Both the position numbers and the translations under genes were made by a program. Shown here one piece after another: positions 30,229-42,700 of a stretch of DNA of 64,000 nt. The DNA is taken from NCBI GenBank assembly GCA_918797485.1, contig CAKKNE010000002.1, positions 2,046,001 to 2,110,000 of the forward strand, written 5' to 3'. Under the pieces are notes generated by a model, which was given only the letters and a program-made list of their open reading frames with translations, had not been told where the DNA came from and did no database searches. The first letter of the stretch is position 1, and the number at the start of each line of letters is the position of its first letter. Origin of the DNA: Pelagomonas calceolata. Lineage: Eukaryota.

Positions 30229-33200
30229 ATGGCGAGCAGCGACGACGAGGAGTGGGAGAACGCGCCCGAGGACGAAGACAGCGAGGACGCCGACTTCGAG
30301 CCCGAGGCACCGCCGGACCCCGCGGCGATCCGCGCGGCCTACGCCCGGGAGCAGGCCCAGGCGCCGCCCGCCGCACCCAAGGCATCCGAGCCGGACCCGG
30401 ACGACGAGACGTTAGACGACCTGCGCGCCAAGGCCGCGGCGAGCCAGGAGGAGGCCGCCCCGCCGGCGCCGGCCGCCCCCGCCACGACCGACGGCACCGC
30501 AACAAACGGCGCCGCCGCGCCCGCGACGACGGCCGACGCGGCCTACAGCTTCGTCGAGCTCCCCGCGCCGCTACACAAAGAAGCATCGAGCGACCTCGCG
30601 CCGCGGCTACGACGGGGCCTCGCGTCTGTACTCCAAACGTACGTGATCAACGTCGACGCCACGGCGCTCGTCGAGTCCCCGGACTACGAGTCGATCGTGA
30701 TTGTCGACGCTAACGCGGATCTGAGCGGCGCGGACTTAGCTGGCCAAGTCAAAGGCGGCTGCTGTTATAGGGTCTGGCCGACGGTCGACGGAAAAAGGCG
30801 CTTCATCGAGCTAGCTTTAATCGCCGTGCGCCACGAGCGCCAGGGCCGGGGCGTCGGTGCCGCGCTGATGCGCCGGCTGAAGCAACGCGCTTTGAGAGAA
30901 CGCGGCGCGCAGCGCATTGTTACTTATGCTGACGAGCGGGCCTTTGCTTATTTTAGGAGGCTGGGGTTTTCGCGGACGGTCACCTTACCTTTCCGGGAGT
31001 GGAAGGGCCGCATTGTAGACTACGGCAACGGTGCCGTCGTCGCGGAGCTACGAGCCGACGTCACGGACCCGTCCGCTTCTGCTCGCGTAGCGAGGCAGCA
31101 GATGGGCGGCCGGGCGACCTCCCAGCAGCTCGCGACGGGCGTCACGCGGTGCACGTCCGGACGGCCGAACTGCTACTGCAAGTCGGGGCGGACGCGAGCC
31201 ATCGTGAGGTACGACCCCGAGACGGGCGAAGATCTGGAGGAGTACTGCTCGACGTCGGACGCGGCCCGCAAGCTCAACTTGAGGGGCCCGTCGATCACAC
31301 ACGTCCTGAGTGGGACGACGGAAGACGCCGACGGCCACAAGTTTAGGTACAAGGTCGAGGTGCCCTGGGTGAGGTCAGGAGGCCCCAAGGCCGTGCAAGA
31401 AGTGAACCCGGCTACCGGTGCTGTGATTCGCGAGTTCACCTCGGCCACGCACGCCGCGCGCGTGACCGGGTTTAGTAATGGCACCATCGGCCAGGTCTGC
31501 AACGGGAAGGTGGATAGCGTGGACGGGCGCGTGTTTAGATTTCGAGATTTGCGGGCCTTGCCGTGTTCGGTGTGTGGTTCTGATGGTGAGGCCAATTCAT
31601 TATTATTATGTGACGGCATGAGCGGAAGGTGTCCGTCGACGGCGCATTTCCGGTGTGTTGGCTTAGATAAAGTTCCCGAAGGCGACTGGTTCTGCGCGTC
31701 GTGCCAGGCCAACGGCGGTAAATCGAGAGCCGTGCACGTGCAAGCTCGGAAAAGATCATCAGAACCGGGCGCGCGCAAATCCTCTAGACCTAAAAAACGG
31801 GTCGCCGTCGACGATAAACCAGGGGAAATTCGCAAGTCGTCGCGTCCTAGAAAAGCCACGACCTTTGGGGATGAGGTGGTGACGCCTCCCGGGCTCCCGC
31901 CGCCGCGCGAACTCGTAATCTCGGATGAGCAGGCCGCGGACGAGCGCCGGAAAGCTCAGATGGACGGCTGGACCACGGTGGGGTCCGAGTATTTGGGGAG
32001 AACTGTGAGAAGAACGATTCTAGACGCGGCGGGCCGGCCCGTGTCCTGCAGCGACGGTATTATTCGAGGCTGGCTCGACGCCGCGACGAGCGACTACGTC
32101 GACTCAAGCGGTCAACCAGCGGCGCTGTGGCACGCCTACCTGAGCACGGGGGAACTCGCGGGCGACGAGATCGACCTGGAGCTCTACGAAGTCTTGGAGT
32201 CGCTCGTGCCCGTCCAGCCGAAGGTCGAGGATCCGGAGACGGCGCGCGCGCGCGCCGACGGCTGGCGCGTCGAAGGAAGCGAGTACCTGGGCCGCACCGT
32301 CCGGCGGACCGTGCTCGACGCGAGCGGCCTCGTGACGTCGCACAGCGACGGCGTCATCCGGGGCTGGCTCGACGCCTCTCGGTCAGATTACGTTGATGAC
32401 AATGGCAAGCCCGCCGCGCTGTGGCACGTCTACCTGGCGACGGGCGAGCTGGCCGGCGACGAGATCGACTTGGAACTGCACGAGGTCCAGGACTCGCTCG
32501 TGCCCGAGAAGGTGGATGCCTCCGCAGCGCGGCGCCGACAGGAGGAGGCCGACGCGGCGCTGGCGCGGGCCCTCGCTGAGGCGGACGCCGACGTGCCGGC
32601 GCCGGCGCCGAAACCGGCGCCGCGCAAGCCGCCGAGCCCGAGACCCGAGCCCGAGAGACCCCGGAGCCCACGCGCGGTCCAATGGTCTCTAGCCGAGGAG
32701 CGCGTCATCCGAGCGGCCCAGGCCGAGCTCGGGAACAAGTGGGCGGAGATCGCCAAGCGGCTCCCCGACCGCACGGACAACGACGTGCGACTCGGCGTCG
32801 AAACGCGGTCGCGGCGATGACGTGCGCCGTCGACGCCACCTTCTCTACGCACACAGGTCAAGAACTACTGGTACTCGCAATCTCGCAAGGCCGAGCGCAG
32901 CGGAAGCCCTCGCGGCCAATTGCCGCCGCTGCCGCCGCCGCCACCGGCGCACCTGCCCCACATTGGGTGCCGCCAGGCGGGCTGGGTAGCCGCCTGTACC
33001 GAGTTACTGGCCGTCGTCGAGGCCAAGAGCGGGATCAATGGCATGCGCGACCGCCTCCGGAGCGCCGGCTTCCGCTGCGGCAAGCCGGTAGCGGGAAAGA
33101 CGTACTTCGACATCGCCGTGCCGCTGACGTTTCCCTGCTGCTACGACGTCGCCGGAAAGAACTACGCCGCGAACCAGGACGTGCTGCGGTCGAAGCCCCA

Positions 33201-33762
33201 GCTCGTGAAGTACCTCGAGGGCTGCCTCGCGCTCGCCCGCGAGGAGGCTTCCTACCGCACGGAGTCCGAGCGCGAGGCCGACGCGGACGAGGACGCACGG
33301 CGCGCCGCGGCCGGCGTCCAAGACTCACGCCACGGCCGGCCGTCCGAGCCGGCGTCGGCCGCCGCGCCCGCCGCCGCGGAGGTGCCGCGGACGTCGCCCT
33401 CGCCGGCGCCGACGTCCGAGCCGCCGTCGCCGCCTGAGAACGACGAGCCGAAGCGCCGCCGCGCGGCTCCGGGTTTGAGCTACGCGGAGTACGACGACGA
33501 CGTCGACATGGACCGACCTCCGACGCCCGCCGAAGACGTCGACCTCGCGCGCGCCATCGCTGCGTCGAAGGCCGACATGGCTGCGCCGGCGCCGGCACCA
33601 CTGGACGAGGAGGAGGAGGCCGCGCTCGAGTGCGTCCCGCGGACGGCGCCGAAACCGGCGAGCGCGCCGGCGCCGGCGCCGGCGCCACGCGAGTTCCCCG
33701 AGGACTACTCCGACGTGTTCGGGCCTTCGGCGCCGGCGGCCGTCGTGTCCGAGGAGATGTAG
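30229..33762 (+). CDS. Multidomain chromatin protein: GCN5-like GNAT, 2x NUMOD1/IENR1-like, PHD, 2x Tudor-like repeat, Myb (exons 30229-32784, 32857-33762)
   Basis: FIELALIAV..ERQGRGVG..LM, VTYADERAFAYFRRLGF; CSVCG...LLLCD..C...AHFRCVGL..VPEGDWFC..C; WSLAEE...GNKWAEIAKRLPDRTDND|VKNYW joined by a 72-nt GT-AG intron. Confidence 0.85.
31960..32505 (+). repeat. Two tandem ~85-aa Tudor-like coding repeats
   Basis: DGW...GSEYLGRTVRRT.LDA.G.....SDG.IRGWLDA..SDYVD..G.PAALWH.YL.TGELAGDEIDLEL.EV..SL occurs twice. Confidence 0.85.
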
Positions 33763-33819
33763 ATGGCTGCTATGTGTAGTGAGAGTAAGCCATGGACTCT
33801 TCGTAGCTTTCGTTTGTTG

Positions 33820-33841
33820 CTAGTGTCTTACATGACGCTAG
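33820..33841. promoter_or_regulatory. Bipartite CTAG upstream element
   Basis: CTAGTGTCTTACATGACGCTAG upstream of the DUF179 gene. Confidence 0.65.
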
Positions 33842-33960
33842 CGCACGCAGGCAAGCGTCCGACCGAGGTGGTCAGTGCTACAAGACGCAATCGAACTGGC
33901 AGGCGCTGACAGGCGCTGCCAGGACTCCTGTGCGGCCTGTCAAGGACTGCTGGATCACTC

Positions 33961-35220
33961 ATGGCTCGCCGCATCCTCACACTTTGCCTGACGACCCTAC
34001 GCATCGATGCTCTCCTGGCACCGCCAGCAAGGCTGAGGCATAGAGTCCTGTGCCGCGCGTCGGACGACGAGGCCCCCGAGGTGGAGGAGGACTGGCGCGC
34101 ATTTCGGGCGAGATTGGTCGCCGGCGGCATCCCGACGACGACCGATGCAGATGAGCCAGCGCCAGCGCCGGCGCCGGCGGAGGAGCGCCAGGGCCTGGAC
34201 GAGGACAACGTCAAGCTCGCGACCTCCCAATCGAAGCGACAGGGCGATATGTTAAGAGAGGGCACGTGGGCGCACGAGGTCGGCGCGCCCGAGGTCGGCG
34301 GTCTGTTGCTGCGACTGCCGCTCGAGACGCAGCTCGCGGTTGCGAAGGACTCGCACTGGGGCCAGGAGCTGCGGCGATTCGCGAAGCAGGAGGTAACTCG
34401 AGCGGCGATGGAGGACGCGCGGCGAAAAGGGCTGCCGGCGTCCGAGGCGCCGCCGCCAGAACCTGTGGTGGAGACAGAGGCGGCTTTATATAGAACCGCG
34501 GGCCGGTTCCTGCGGGCGCAGCTCCAGCGCATAGCACAAAAGGGACAAGTAGACGGCTCCGGGCGCTTGGCTATCGATCCGCGGTCACTGGGTGATGCCG
34601 ATCGGCAACTCCTGGACATGCACCAGCGCTACCTCGGCTCCTGGCAGGAGGTCGTCCTCGTGATCAAGGACGACGCGGACGGCGCGGTAGGCGTCGTGCT
34701 GAACCGGCCAGCCGCTACCGAGGGCGCGCCTCATCTTAGTAGGGCGCTCGTCGAGGCGCTCGAGAGTGATGGAGGCGCCAAGGTTACTACAGATGCTTTC
34801 GACGGAGCGTTCGGGAAGACGATCGCCGCCTACGTCGGCAAGCCGGCAGCCAGAGAGGGTGGCTCGGCAAACAAAGCCATGGTCGTCCACGGCCTCGAAG
34901 AGTTGGAGGGCGCGCGGGAGCTGGCTCCGAACCTGGGAATTTATCGCGGCGGCGCGGCGGCGGCGGCGGAGCGCGTCCGCGCGGGCACGGCGGAGCCGCT
35001 CGACTTCCGGTTTTTCATAGGGCGCTACGAGTGGGGCCCGGGGGAGTTGGCCAAGGACGTCCGCGACGGCGTCTACCGGCCGGCGGCCTGCTCGCGCGGC
35101 GTCGCGCTGAAGCAGTGCCTCGGGCTGCCGAAGCCGCTCTGGCACGAGGTCATGGACATGCTCGGCGGTAGCTCGGCGGACGTGTCCGCGCTCGAGCTCG
35201 CGCGACGTAGTGACCAATAA
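33961..35220 (+). CDS. DUF179/AlgH-like protein, probably plastid-targeted
   Basis: EDWRAFRARLVA, WAHEVGAPEVGGLLL, GVVLNRP, DFRFFIGRYEWGPGEL, ALKQCLGLPKPLWHEVM. Confidence 0.85.
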   Translation: MARRILTLCLTTLRIDALLAPPARLRHRVLCRASDDEAPEVEEDWRAFRARLVAGGIPTTTDADEPAPAPAPAEERQGLDEDNVKLATSQSKRQGDMLREGTWAHEVGAPEVGGLLLRLPLETQLAVAKDSHWGQELRRFAKQEVTRAAMEDARRKGLPASEAPPPEPVVETEAALYRTAGRFLRAQLQRIAQKGQVDGSGRLAIDPRSLGDADRQLLDMHQRYLGSWQEVVLVIKDDADGAVGVVLNRPAATEGAPHLSRALVEALESDGGAKVTTDAFDGAFGKTIAAYVGKPAAREGGSANKAMVVHGLEELEGARELAPNLGIYRGGAAAAAERVRAGTAEPLDFRFFIGRYEWGPGELAKDVRDGVYRPAACSRGVALKQCLGLPKPLWHEVMDMLGGSSADVSALELARRSDQ

Positions 35221-35232
35221 CTTAGTAAAACA

Positions 35233-36291
35233 TTAAACGACGTTGGAAAAGATCCGCAAGGGCGCCGCGTGGCTCGACACGAGGACCTGGTCCCCCAGCT
35301 CCAGGTCGAAGGCCGTGTGGTGGCCGTCGATATACACCCTACCGTGCTGGCTGTTCCACCGCACCTTCAAGTGGTGCTCCTCGTCCACGAAGCCGTGGGA
35401 CTTGTCCCGGACAAAGGCCACGTCGTCGTTCTCGCCTACCAGGTGCTCTCTCACCAAGTACTGCAGATCCCTGGAGTTCACGTCCACACCCATATCACCC
35501 CCGGCAGAAGCCATCACACCGGTGGCACCGGTAGGCGTCGACACCCACAGACCCGAAGACCACACATTAAACGAGAACTCGTCGGGGTCGTCTGGAGAAG
35601 GGCAGAAGTCGTTCCGGAGCCGATCCAAGCGGAACCGCGACACCGCCGCCGGCGACGGGTGAGCCACGAGGATGTCGTTGAGCGCTGGCGGCATGCGCGT
35701 CTCCGACAGCGAGCCTCTTATTGTAACAGCCAGGCGGTGCCTCTTCTGGATCGCCGCGTCGAGCTCCCCTCGAATAGCGCGCGGCACGACGTCCTCGAGA
35801 TTACGAGCCGATGCAAAACATAAAGCGCCCAACGACCGTCGTTCGTCCGACGTTCGCGAACACGCGCCCAACCGCTCGTGCGCGCGCGTCGGGTCCGAGT
35901 TCACGCCTAAAACGACGGGGCCCCGCGGCTCGTCAGAGGACTGCGAGTCGACGAAGTGCGCAGAAGATAGGACCGTGCCGTCGCCGCCCACCGAGATGAG
36001 CAAATCGACATCATCATCCACATGATGCCTCGACAGCGCATCTCTAGAAACGACGGTGACGCTATCGGCTTCCCGCTTCGCGACGGACACGACCTGCTCG
36101 ACGCACGCCTGGTGGTTCGCGTGGCGCTCCTTGAGGCGCTCCCACCGTAATGCTTTGGGCGCCTTGCCCTGCAGTTTTAATTGAGTGTAGGCCTCGTAGG
36201 GCGTGAACTTGACCACCACTAAGACGCGCTTGTAGCCGATCGAGCGCGTTCCTCGTGGCGCTTGGCGGCGCAGCGCGCGCGCCGCAAGCAT
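35233..36291 (-). CDS. NAD(H) kinase (NADK3-like), mitochondrial-presequence-like N-terminus
   Basis: ISVGGDGTVL, VLGVNSDP, ALNDILVAHPSPAAVSRF, SSGLWVSTPTGATG..ASAGG. Confidence 0.9.
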   Translation of the reverse strand: MLAARALRRQAPRGTRSIGYKRVLVVVKFTPYEAYTQLKLQGKAPKALRWERLKERHANHQACVEQVVSVAKREADSVTVVSRDALSRHHVDDDVDLLISVGGDGTVLSSAHFVDSQSSDEPRGPVVLGVNSDPTRAHERLGACSRTSDERRSLGALCFASARNLEDVVPRAIRGELDAAIQKRHRLAVTIRGSLSETRMPPALNDILVAHPSPAAVSRFRLDRLRNDFCPSPDDPDEFSFNVWSSGLWVSTPTGATGVMASAGGDMGVDVNSRDLQYLVREHLVGENDDVAFVRDKSHGFVDEEHHLKVRWNSQHGRVYIDGHHTAFDLELGDQVLVSSHAAPLRIFSNVV

Positions 36292-36712
36292 GATGCAGTG
36301 GTGAGTAGCAGTGGTGAGTGGCCAAGATTTATGCGTCGCCGCTTTAGGATCAACGTGGAAACGACAGATTGATCGTACAAACGCCTGCAGCTTCGTGTAA
36401 CTGTGCTGGATAGGTGAGCTTTTGCCACTGCGATGTTGCTCCAGCCAGCACAAGCCCAAGCCAAGCAATGTGCGGGTTCGCGCAGGAACACTCGTCGCAA
36501 GCGCTCTCAAGAGAAGCCTCTGTGAGTGCCGTCCTAGCAACAGCTGGTTTCTGTCGGGTTCGAGCCAGTTGGGGCAGCGCCAGCAGCTCGTAAATCGGGC
36601 ACAAAGGCTGCCCTCTGCCCTCTCTCGATCACCGGAATGCGCGATCGAACGAACTCATGCAAGGGCTGCGAAGCCTCAACCCATTACCCATGAGCCAACA
36701 GCCCTAGCAGCC

Positions 36713-39700
36713 ATGCCCCGGGCACCCCCTGGTGGCAAGCCGCGGCCGCCGCCGACGCGGCCCAAGATGCAGTCCGTGGGCGAGGATGATAGCGACGAGG
36801 AGAGCTTCGCCTTCGTCGTGCCGAGCCGCCACGGCTCGCCGCGCGAGCCGAGCCCCCGCATCCCGGTGCTCTATAATGTCGGCAAGGAGAAGCCCCGGCC
36901 CCCGCCGGGACGACCACCGGTGAAGAAGGACGCCTCGGCGGCGGTCGCCGCGGCGAACGCCATGTGGGACGCCATGGCTACTGATCCGGAGGCTTTGGCT
37001 GGTCAAAACGCGTTGGCCACGGATCCCATTATTAGAGGGGCGCAAAGGGACTCCTTCGACGATTATATCGGCGCCCGTCGCCTCTCCGACGACCTGGGGG
37101 ACGACTTCCCGGCCGACGACGAGACCACGGCGAACGCGTTCGTCGTGCCTTCCAGAAGCCAAAGTAGATCGAGAAAACCGGCACCACCGAAGAAGCCACC
37201 TCCAACAAAAAAGCGTGCTGCACCGGTGGAGTCGTTATCGTCGGACTCGGACTCGTCCCTCAGTGACTCGGACGACTCGGGCGTCGGATTTGTCGTGCCC
37301 ACGAAACACAAGGCCCAGCCGTCGCAGGCGGCCATCGAAAGAGCAAGGAGAGCGTCGCAGGGCCGGCGCGAGGCCTCCTCGTCGGAGGGCCGCCGCGACG
37401 AGGAGTCGAAGCCTTCTTCGCAAGCTGTCGAAAGAGCCAAGGCCGCGTCGATGCGGGCGAAGATGGCGCACAAGCCGGCGCCCCCGAAGGGCCCGGCGCC
37501 GCCGATGGCTAGGCCTTCCGCTCCTTTATCTGTCGCTACTGAAGGTACACTGTCCCGGACGGGTTCATTTAGAGGGCCGCCGCCCAGAGGCCCGCGGCCG
37601 CCGCGGGGCCCGCCGCCACGTACAAACTCGTCGTCTTCTCTGGTCAGGACGGGCTCGCAACAACACCTAGTAAGAAAGGACAGCTGGCGCGACGTCCACC
37701 AAGGTTTGGAAAGAAAGGACAGCTTCCGCGAGCCGCCGAAGATGCCGCGCACGGCCTCGTCCCAGAACTTGACGCGCGCCGGCTCGAGCCAAAACCTGGT
37801 CAGGAAGGGCAGCTTCCGCGCGCCGCCGCCGGGCCAGCCCCGGCCGCCCGGCCGACCGTCGACGAGTGATGGTAGAGGACTAAAAGCTCCAAGCCACGCG
37901 CAGCTCGCCGCCGCGCGCTGGGCCGCGCGCAAGGGCCCGTCGGGCGCGCAGGCCCTGGCCGCCGCCGAGCGGCGCGAGCCGCCGCCGCGCGGCATGGTGC
38001 CGCCCGGAGCTGCCCCTGGTTTTAATCAAGAAGGCCCGCGGCCGCCTCAAAATAGACGGGAAAGGGCCGAGGCCGCGCCGGCGCGAGCGTCACTCCAACA
38101 GGAGAAGCCCCGTTCGATGTCACCGGCGCCGCCATCAAAGGCCCCAGATCTCAGAGACGCGCGCGCGGCTCGTTTAGCCGCGCAGCATGCCGGTGGAGGG
38201 AATAAGCGACGGAAGCTCGAGGACGACGAGGATGACGATGTTGGTAAAAGAGTAGCGATGCGGCGGCCGGCGTCGACGGAGAATCTGTTCGACACGGGCG
38301 ACCTGGGCGCGCCGTGGCGCGACCCGGCTCCTACACTCGCGCTGACGCGGAAGGCGTCGCAACATAACCTTACGAGGGCGGCGAGTGCTGCCAATGTGAT
38401 GGGCTTGGAGGAACCTCTCCTACAAACGGTGGCGCGGGATTTAGCAAGGCAGAATTCACGTCAAGATGTACTGAAGCGGCCCGCCTCGACCAACAACATG
38501 GCCCTGCCGGATCGGGTCACGGTACGGAAGCGCGCGCCGCCCGGCACTCCTTCGCACCGTTCACCGCCGAGCCACCCGCCGCCCACGCAAAACAAGGGCA
38601 AGGCGCCGCCCGGCCCGCCGCCGGGGCCGCCGCCGGGCCACAAGCTCCACATTCCCGGAAGAAGTGCACCGGCGAAGCGGTCGGCGCCGCCCACACCCAA
38701 AGCTAATAGGCCAGCGGCACCGTCACAGCCGCCGGGCAAGGACCCCATTTTTGATACTGGAGTGATTACCAAAAGAAGCACTGGTAGAGCCCCTCCACCG
38801 AGGGAAGGTAGACCCCCACCGGAAAAGGAGACGGCCCTCGTGATAAAGAAGAAGCCCGTCCCATCATTGGATCTGGGCAGCTGGGCCTGCCCGCTCTGCA
38901 CCTTCCGCAATTCTCCTCAATCGGAAACGTGCGCGACGTGCCATCGCGCGCGCGGCGACGCAGAAAAAGCAGCTGAAAAATTATGGGCCGGCCCGCCCGC
39001 TCCCTCGACGACCGGCCGCCCGCCACCCCCACCGAAACCAAGAGCGGCACCTTTGATCGATTCACGACCGGAGGAGGACGCCCTCGCGACCAAAAGACGA
39101 TTGCTCTACTACCGGAAGAAGCCGCCCCCGAAAAGGCCCAAGATCATGCGCCCGCCGCGCGCGCCTGGTACTCAACCGCCGGCCCACGCCCTGCCGGCTG
39201 GGGTTGTGTACAAGGAATCTCCCCGACGGAAACGACGACGAGAGAGACAGCAAAGGCGGAAAGCGCACGCCGTCCAGAGCAAACACTTCACGTCGACGTA
39301 CAACAAGGACTGGGAGGACGCCAGGGCTTCTAGGCCTCTATCTCTAAGAGAGACGGCGGACCGGGGCTTCAAGACCGCGCAGAGTGCGCTGGACGCTGTG
39401 CCTGAAGGCGTGGTGTTGAACGAGCTGAGAGATATTGGTGGCGTGCCCTGCGGCATCACGGTCATCCAGAAGGAGTGGCGAGCGGTGGTTCATGCCGTTG
39501 ATTTGGAACGGGGCGACGAGTACTCGGCGTCTTCGGAGTTGCATGCTCGGTATGTGGAAGCGGCGGCGCCCACGCCAGACCAAAAAATAAACTTATATAG
39601 GGAGCTCGTGGACGCCTGTGCTTTTAGAAGTACCTTAGAAGGTCGAAGGAAGGCCCAGCGCAAGTTGGAAGTGATGCCGTCTCCCAGACTAAGTGCGGCG

Positions 39701-42700
39701 CAGAAACAAGGCGGCCGCGTGTGCGTGTTGCGGGAGCGGCTCGTCGTGAGCGGCGCACTCGTCGAAGTCTCGGCTCGGGCAAGGTCAAAACCGGACGTCG
39801 TCGAGTTGCGACTGAGGGACCCAGCCTCGAAATTAGAAGCGGCTCTCACCTTTCCATTGGTCGCCGCACCTCGCTTGGCCAAGGTCGCGTACGACAGCCA
39901 CGTCGTCAAGGTCCGAGAAAGGTTACTCGCCACGGAGCACTTGGACTGGGAGACGCCCTGGGCCGCCGCGGCGGCGGCGCGGGCGGGGCCGGCGTTTCCT
40001 GGTGACAGTGTCGAGCCGTCGAGGGATGTGCGCGCCACAGTCGCCATGGCCGTCGAGTTCGCGTGCCACGAGCTGGACATGTCCATGGTCGATGAGAACC
40101 GGAAGACGTCTCTGAAGCTCAAACCGTCTCCAGTACTAGTTGCGCAGATCGCGGAAGGGTGCCGCCACGCTCGAGCTGCCGTAGTATTGCAGAAGAACGC
40201 GCGGGGCATGTCCGCTAGGTCTCCGGAAGGCCAGGCAGCGAGGGCGGAACGTTTGCGAAGGGACGCGTCGAAAATATTGCAGGCACTTATTAGGATGAGA
40301 TTCGCGAAGAGACGGGCGGCGATTCGCCGGGAGTCAATACGAAGGGAAATCAGACGGAGGGAAAAGAAGGCGGCCACGTCATTGCAATCCGTTGTACGTG
40401 TAGCGCAAGCCAAGTGCCTCTCAAAGATGTTGCGCTACCTCAAGAAGGACGCCGCGCGCGCGAAGAAGGTCGCTGCCATCGCGATGGCGAAGATGCGCGA
40501 CCGGGAGCGAAGGGCCGCTCAATTAGCCATCTACCGGACAGCGCGGGCGCGCATGCAGATCCAGCGCTGGTCGCGCCAGGCGATCCAGAACATGAGACGA
40601 CGGAAGCGCGAGGAGCGGTTGCGGCGCATCGAGGCGGCGCGATTGCAGGCCGAAAAGGACGCATTGGAGCGGAAAAGGGCCGCTATTAACATTGGAAGGA
40701 TGTTGAGAGGCTGGGTGGCGCAGCAGATTGTGACACGATTACTGTGGGAGAAGTACGAGCTCGAGAAGGCGGCATCTACTTCTATACAATGTATGATACG
40801 GTGCTGGTTCGCGCGGTACGAATTAGCTGTGCGGGATTATGAAAGGTTGGCCTGCCGGGCGATCCAGGCCCTTTGCAGAGGTGTGTTAGAAAGGAAGATC
40901 ATCAGACAGGACCGGGCGTCTGATACCATTGCTAGGTTCTGGCGTTGTGTGGATGCGAAGACGACCGCGCGCATTATCCTGGAGCATAATCGTAAAGAAT
41001 TGCTCCAGAGAGCGTCGCAGTTCGCCCAGGAAGCAATAGACGCGGATCGGAGATACGCGGACGCCGTCGCGGCGAAGCTCCTCACGGACAAGATCCAGCA
41101 GGAACGGGCCATGGCCGTCATCAAGGCCATGCGCTGCGCTTCTGAAAGCGCCGTCATTGCTAGAAGACGCCGCTCGACCTGCAAGGAGCTCGCGAATGAA
41201 ATCAGAGACGCGATCCGCACCAGAGCGTCCACAACACTCCAGTGCTTCATCCGACGACTATTGGCGGGAGCGGAGACGAGAAGACGCCGCGAGCTCAAGA
41301 AGGCCTTGGGCATCGCTGCCATGGTGCGGAGGAAGAAGGCCGAAAAAGAAGCCAAAGAACAGGCCATCGCGCGCAAGAAGGCGAAGCGCGAGAACGCGCG
41401 ACGGGCGCTCATCCGCTTCCAGTCGGCCTGGCGCGCGCACCAAGCTCGGCAGGTCTATCTGGTCAAATATGTCCAGAGGCATGCTTGTATCCAGTTCCAG
41501 TCGTTGGTTAGAAGGTCGCAAGCTCAGAGAAAGATTGGTAATTTGAAAGCGAAGCAGTCCGAAATAATAGAGAAGAAGCTGCAGGCTCATGCCGCATTAG
41601 TGTTCCAGAATTGCTTGCGGCGGAAGCTGGCGCGGAATCTGTTACTCACGAAGCGGTTTGTTCGAGATGATAGAATATTGGCGGAGAAGACGGCTCAGGC
41701 GGCGAAGGCGGAACTTTCGAGATTGGCCCAGGAGGCCGAAGTTCAGCGGCTGAAGGACGAGGCCGAGGCGCTCGAAAGAGAAATCCGGGAAGCTGAGGAA
41801 AATGAAAAGAAGAAGGCTGAGGAGGAAGCGAGGAAACTCAGAGAACTCAAGGAGGAGGCCGCCCGGAAGGCGAAAGAAAAGGAGGAGCAAGACCGGCGGG
41901 ACGCCATGGAAGCTAAACTGCGCGCCGAGGCGGAAGCGTTGATTCAGAATAATGCGGCAAGGAACATCCAGCGCACGGCGCGAGGCCGACAGTTAAGGGT
42001 GTGGATGGCCTGGGAGGCCCAGCAGGCGGAAGAAGCGAGACTCGAAGCGGAAGCGCAGAACGACCAGGCCTGGCGCGAGTGGGGGGCTTCGATCATCCAG
42101 GCCTGGTATCGCCGCCTCGTGACCTTACAATCAGAAGCAAATGAGCGGGCCTGGAACTACTGGGCCGCGTCCATCGTCCAGACCTGGTGGCGCGAACGGT
42201 TAGCTATCACCAATATAGAAGCAGCAAATGCGATGTGGCAGCGGCAACAGCAGCAAAAAGAAGAACAGCGCCAGCGCATGGCCACCATCGCGCAGAAAGC
42301 CATGGCTCGAGAGTCGGCTCGAAGTCAAGCGATGGCCCGGAAGAAGAAGGCCGCGCAGGAGTGGAATAGGGAAATGGAGAACCAGGGCGGTTCGCGACCG
42401 GGCTCGGCCTTCACCTGGGCCGACGCCACGCCGAGAGATACTGCTCGTAGTGAGTCGCATTTCTCGCCTCGTGGTGGTTTGGATACGGCTCGGTCCGATG
42501 CCACCGATGTGTCCGACATCTCGGATGCTGGTAGATTTGTCGATGAATTTGATGCCGATGATAAGCAGGACGTCGAGAAGCTCTTTAGGGCCGTGCGGCA
42601 TGGTAGGAGGGATGCTATCAGACAGTACACGGAGAAGGGCTTCGACGTGAATCTTCGCAATAAACATGGGCATACCTTAGCCATGGTCGCCGCGCAGAAC

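Noticed and set aside
36422..36712. Upstream extensions of ORF-track starts (also 1875, 20988, 22634, 27335, 28162, 36540, 50667, 55278)
   Set aside because: They extend through promoter or UTR sequence, sometimes across the CTAG element, and some use non-ATG starts. Downstream ATGs give sensible N-termini.
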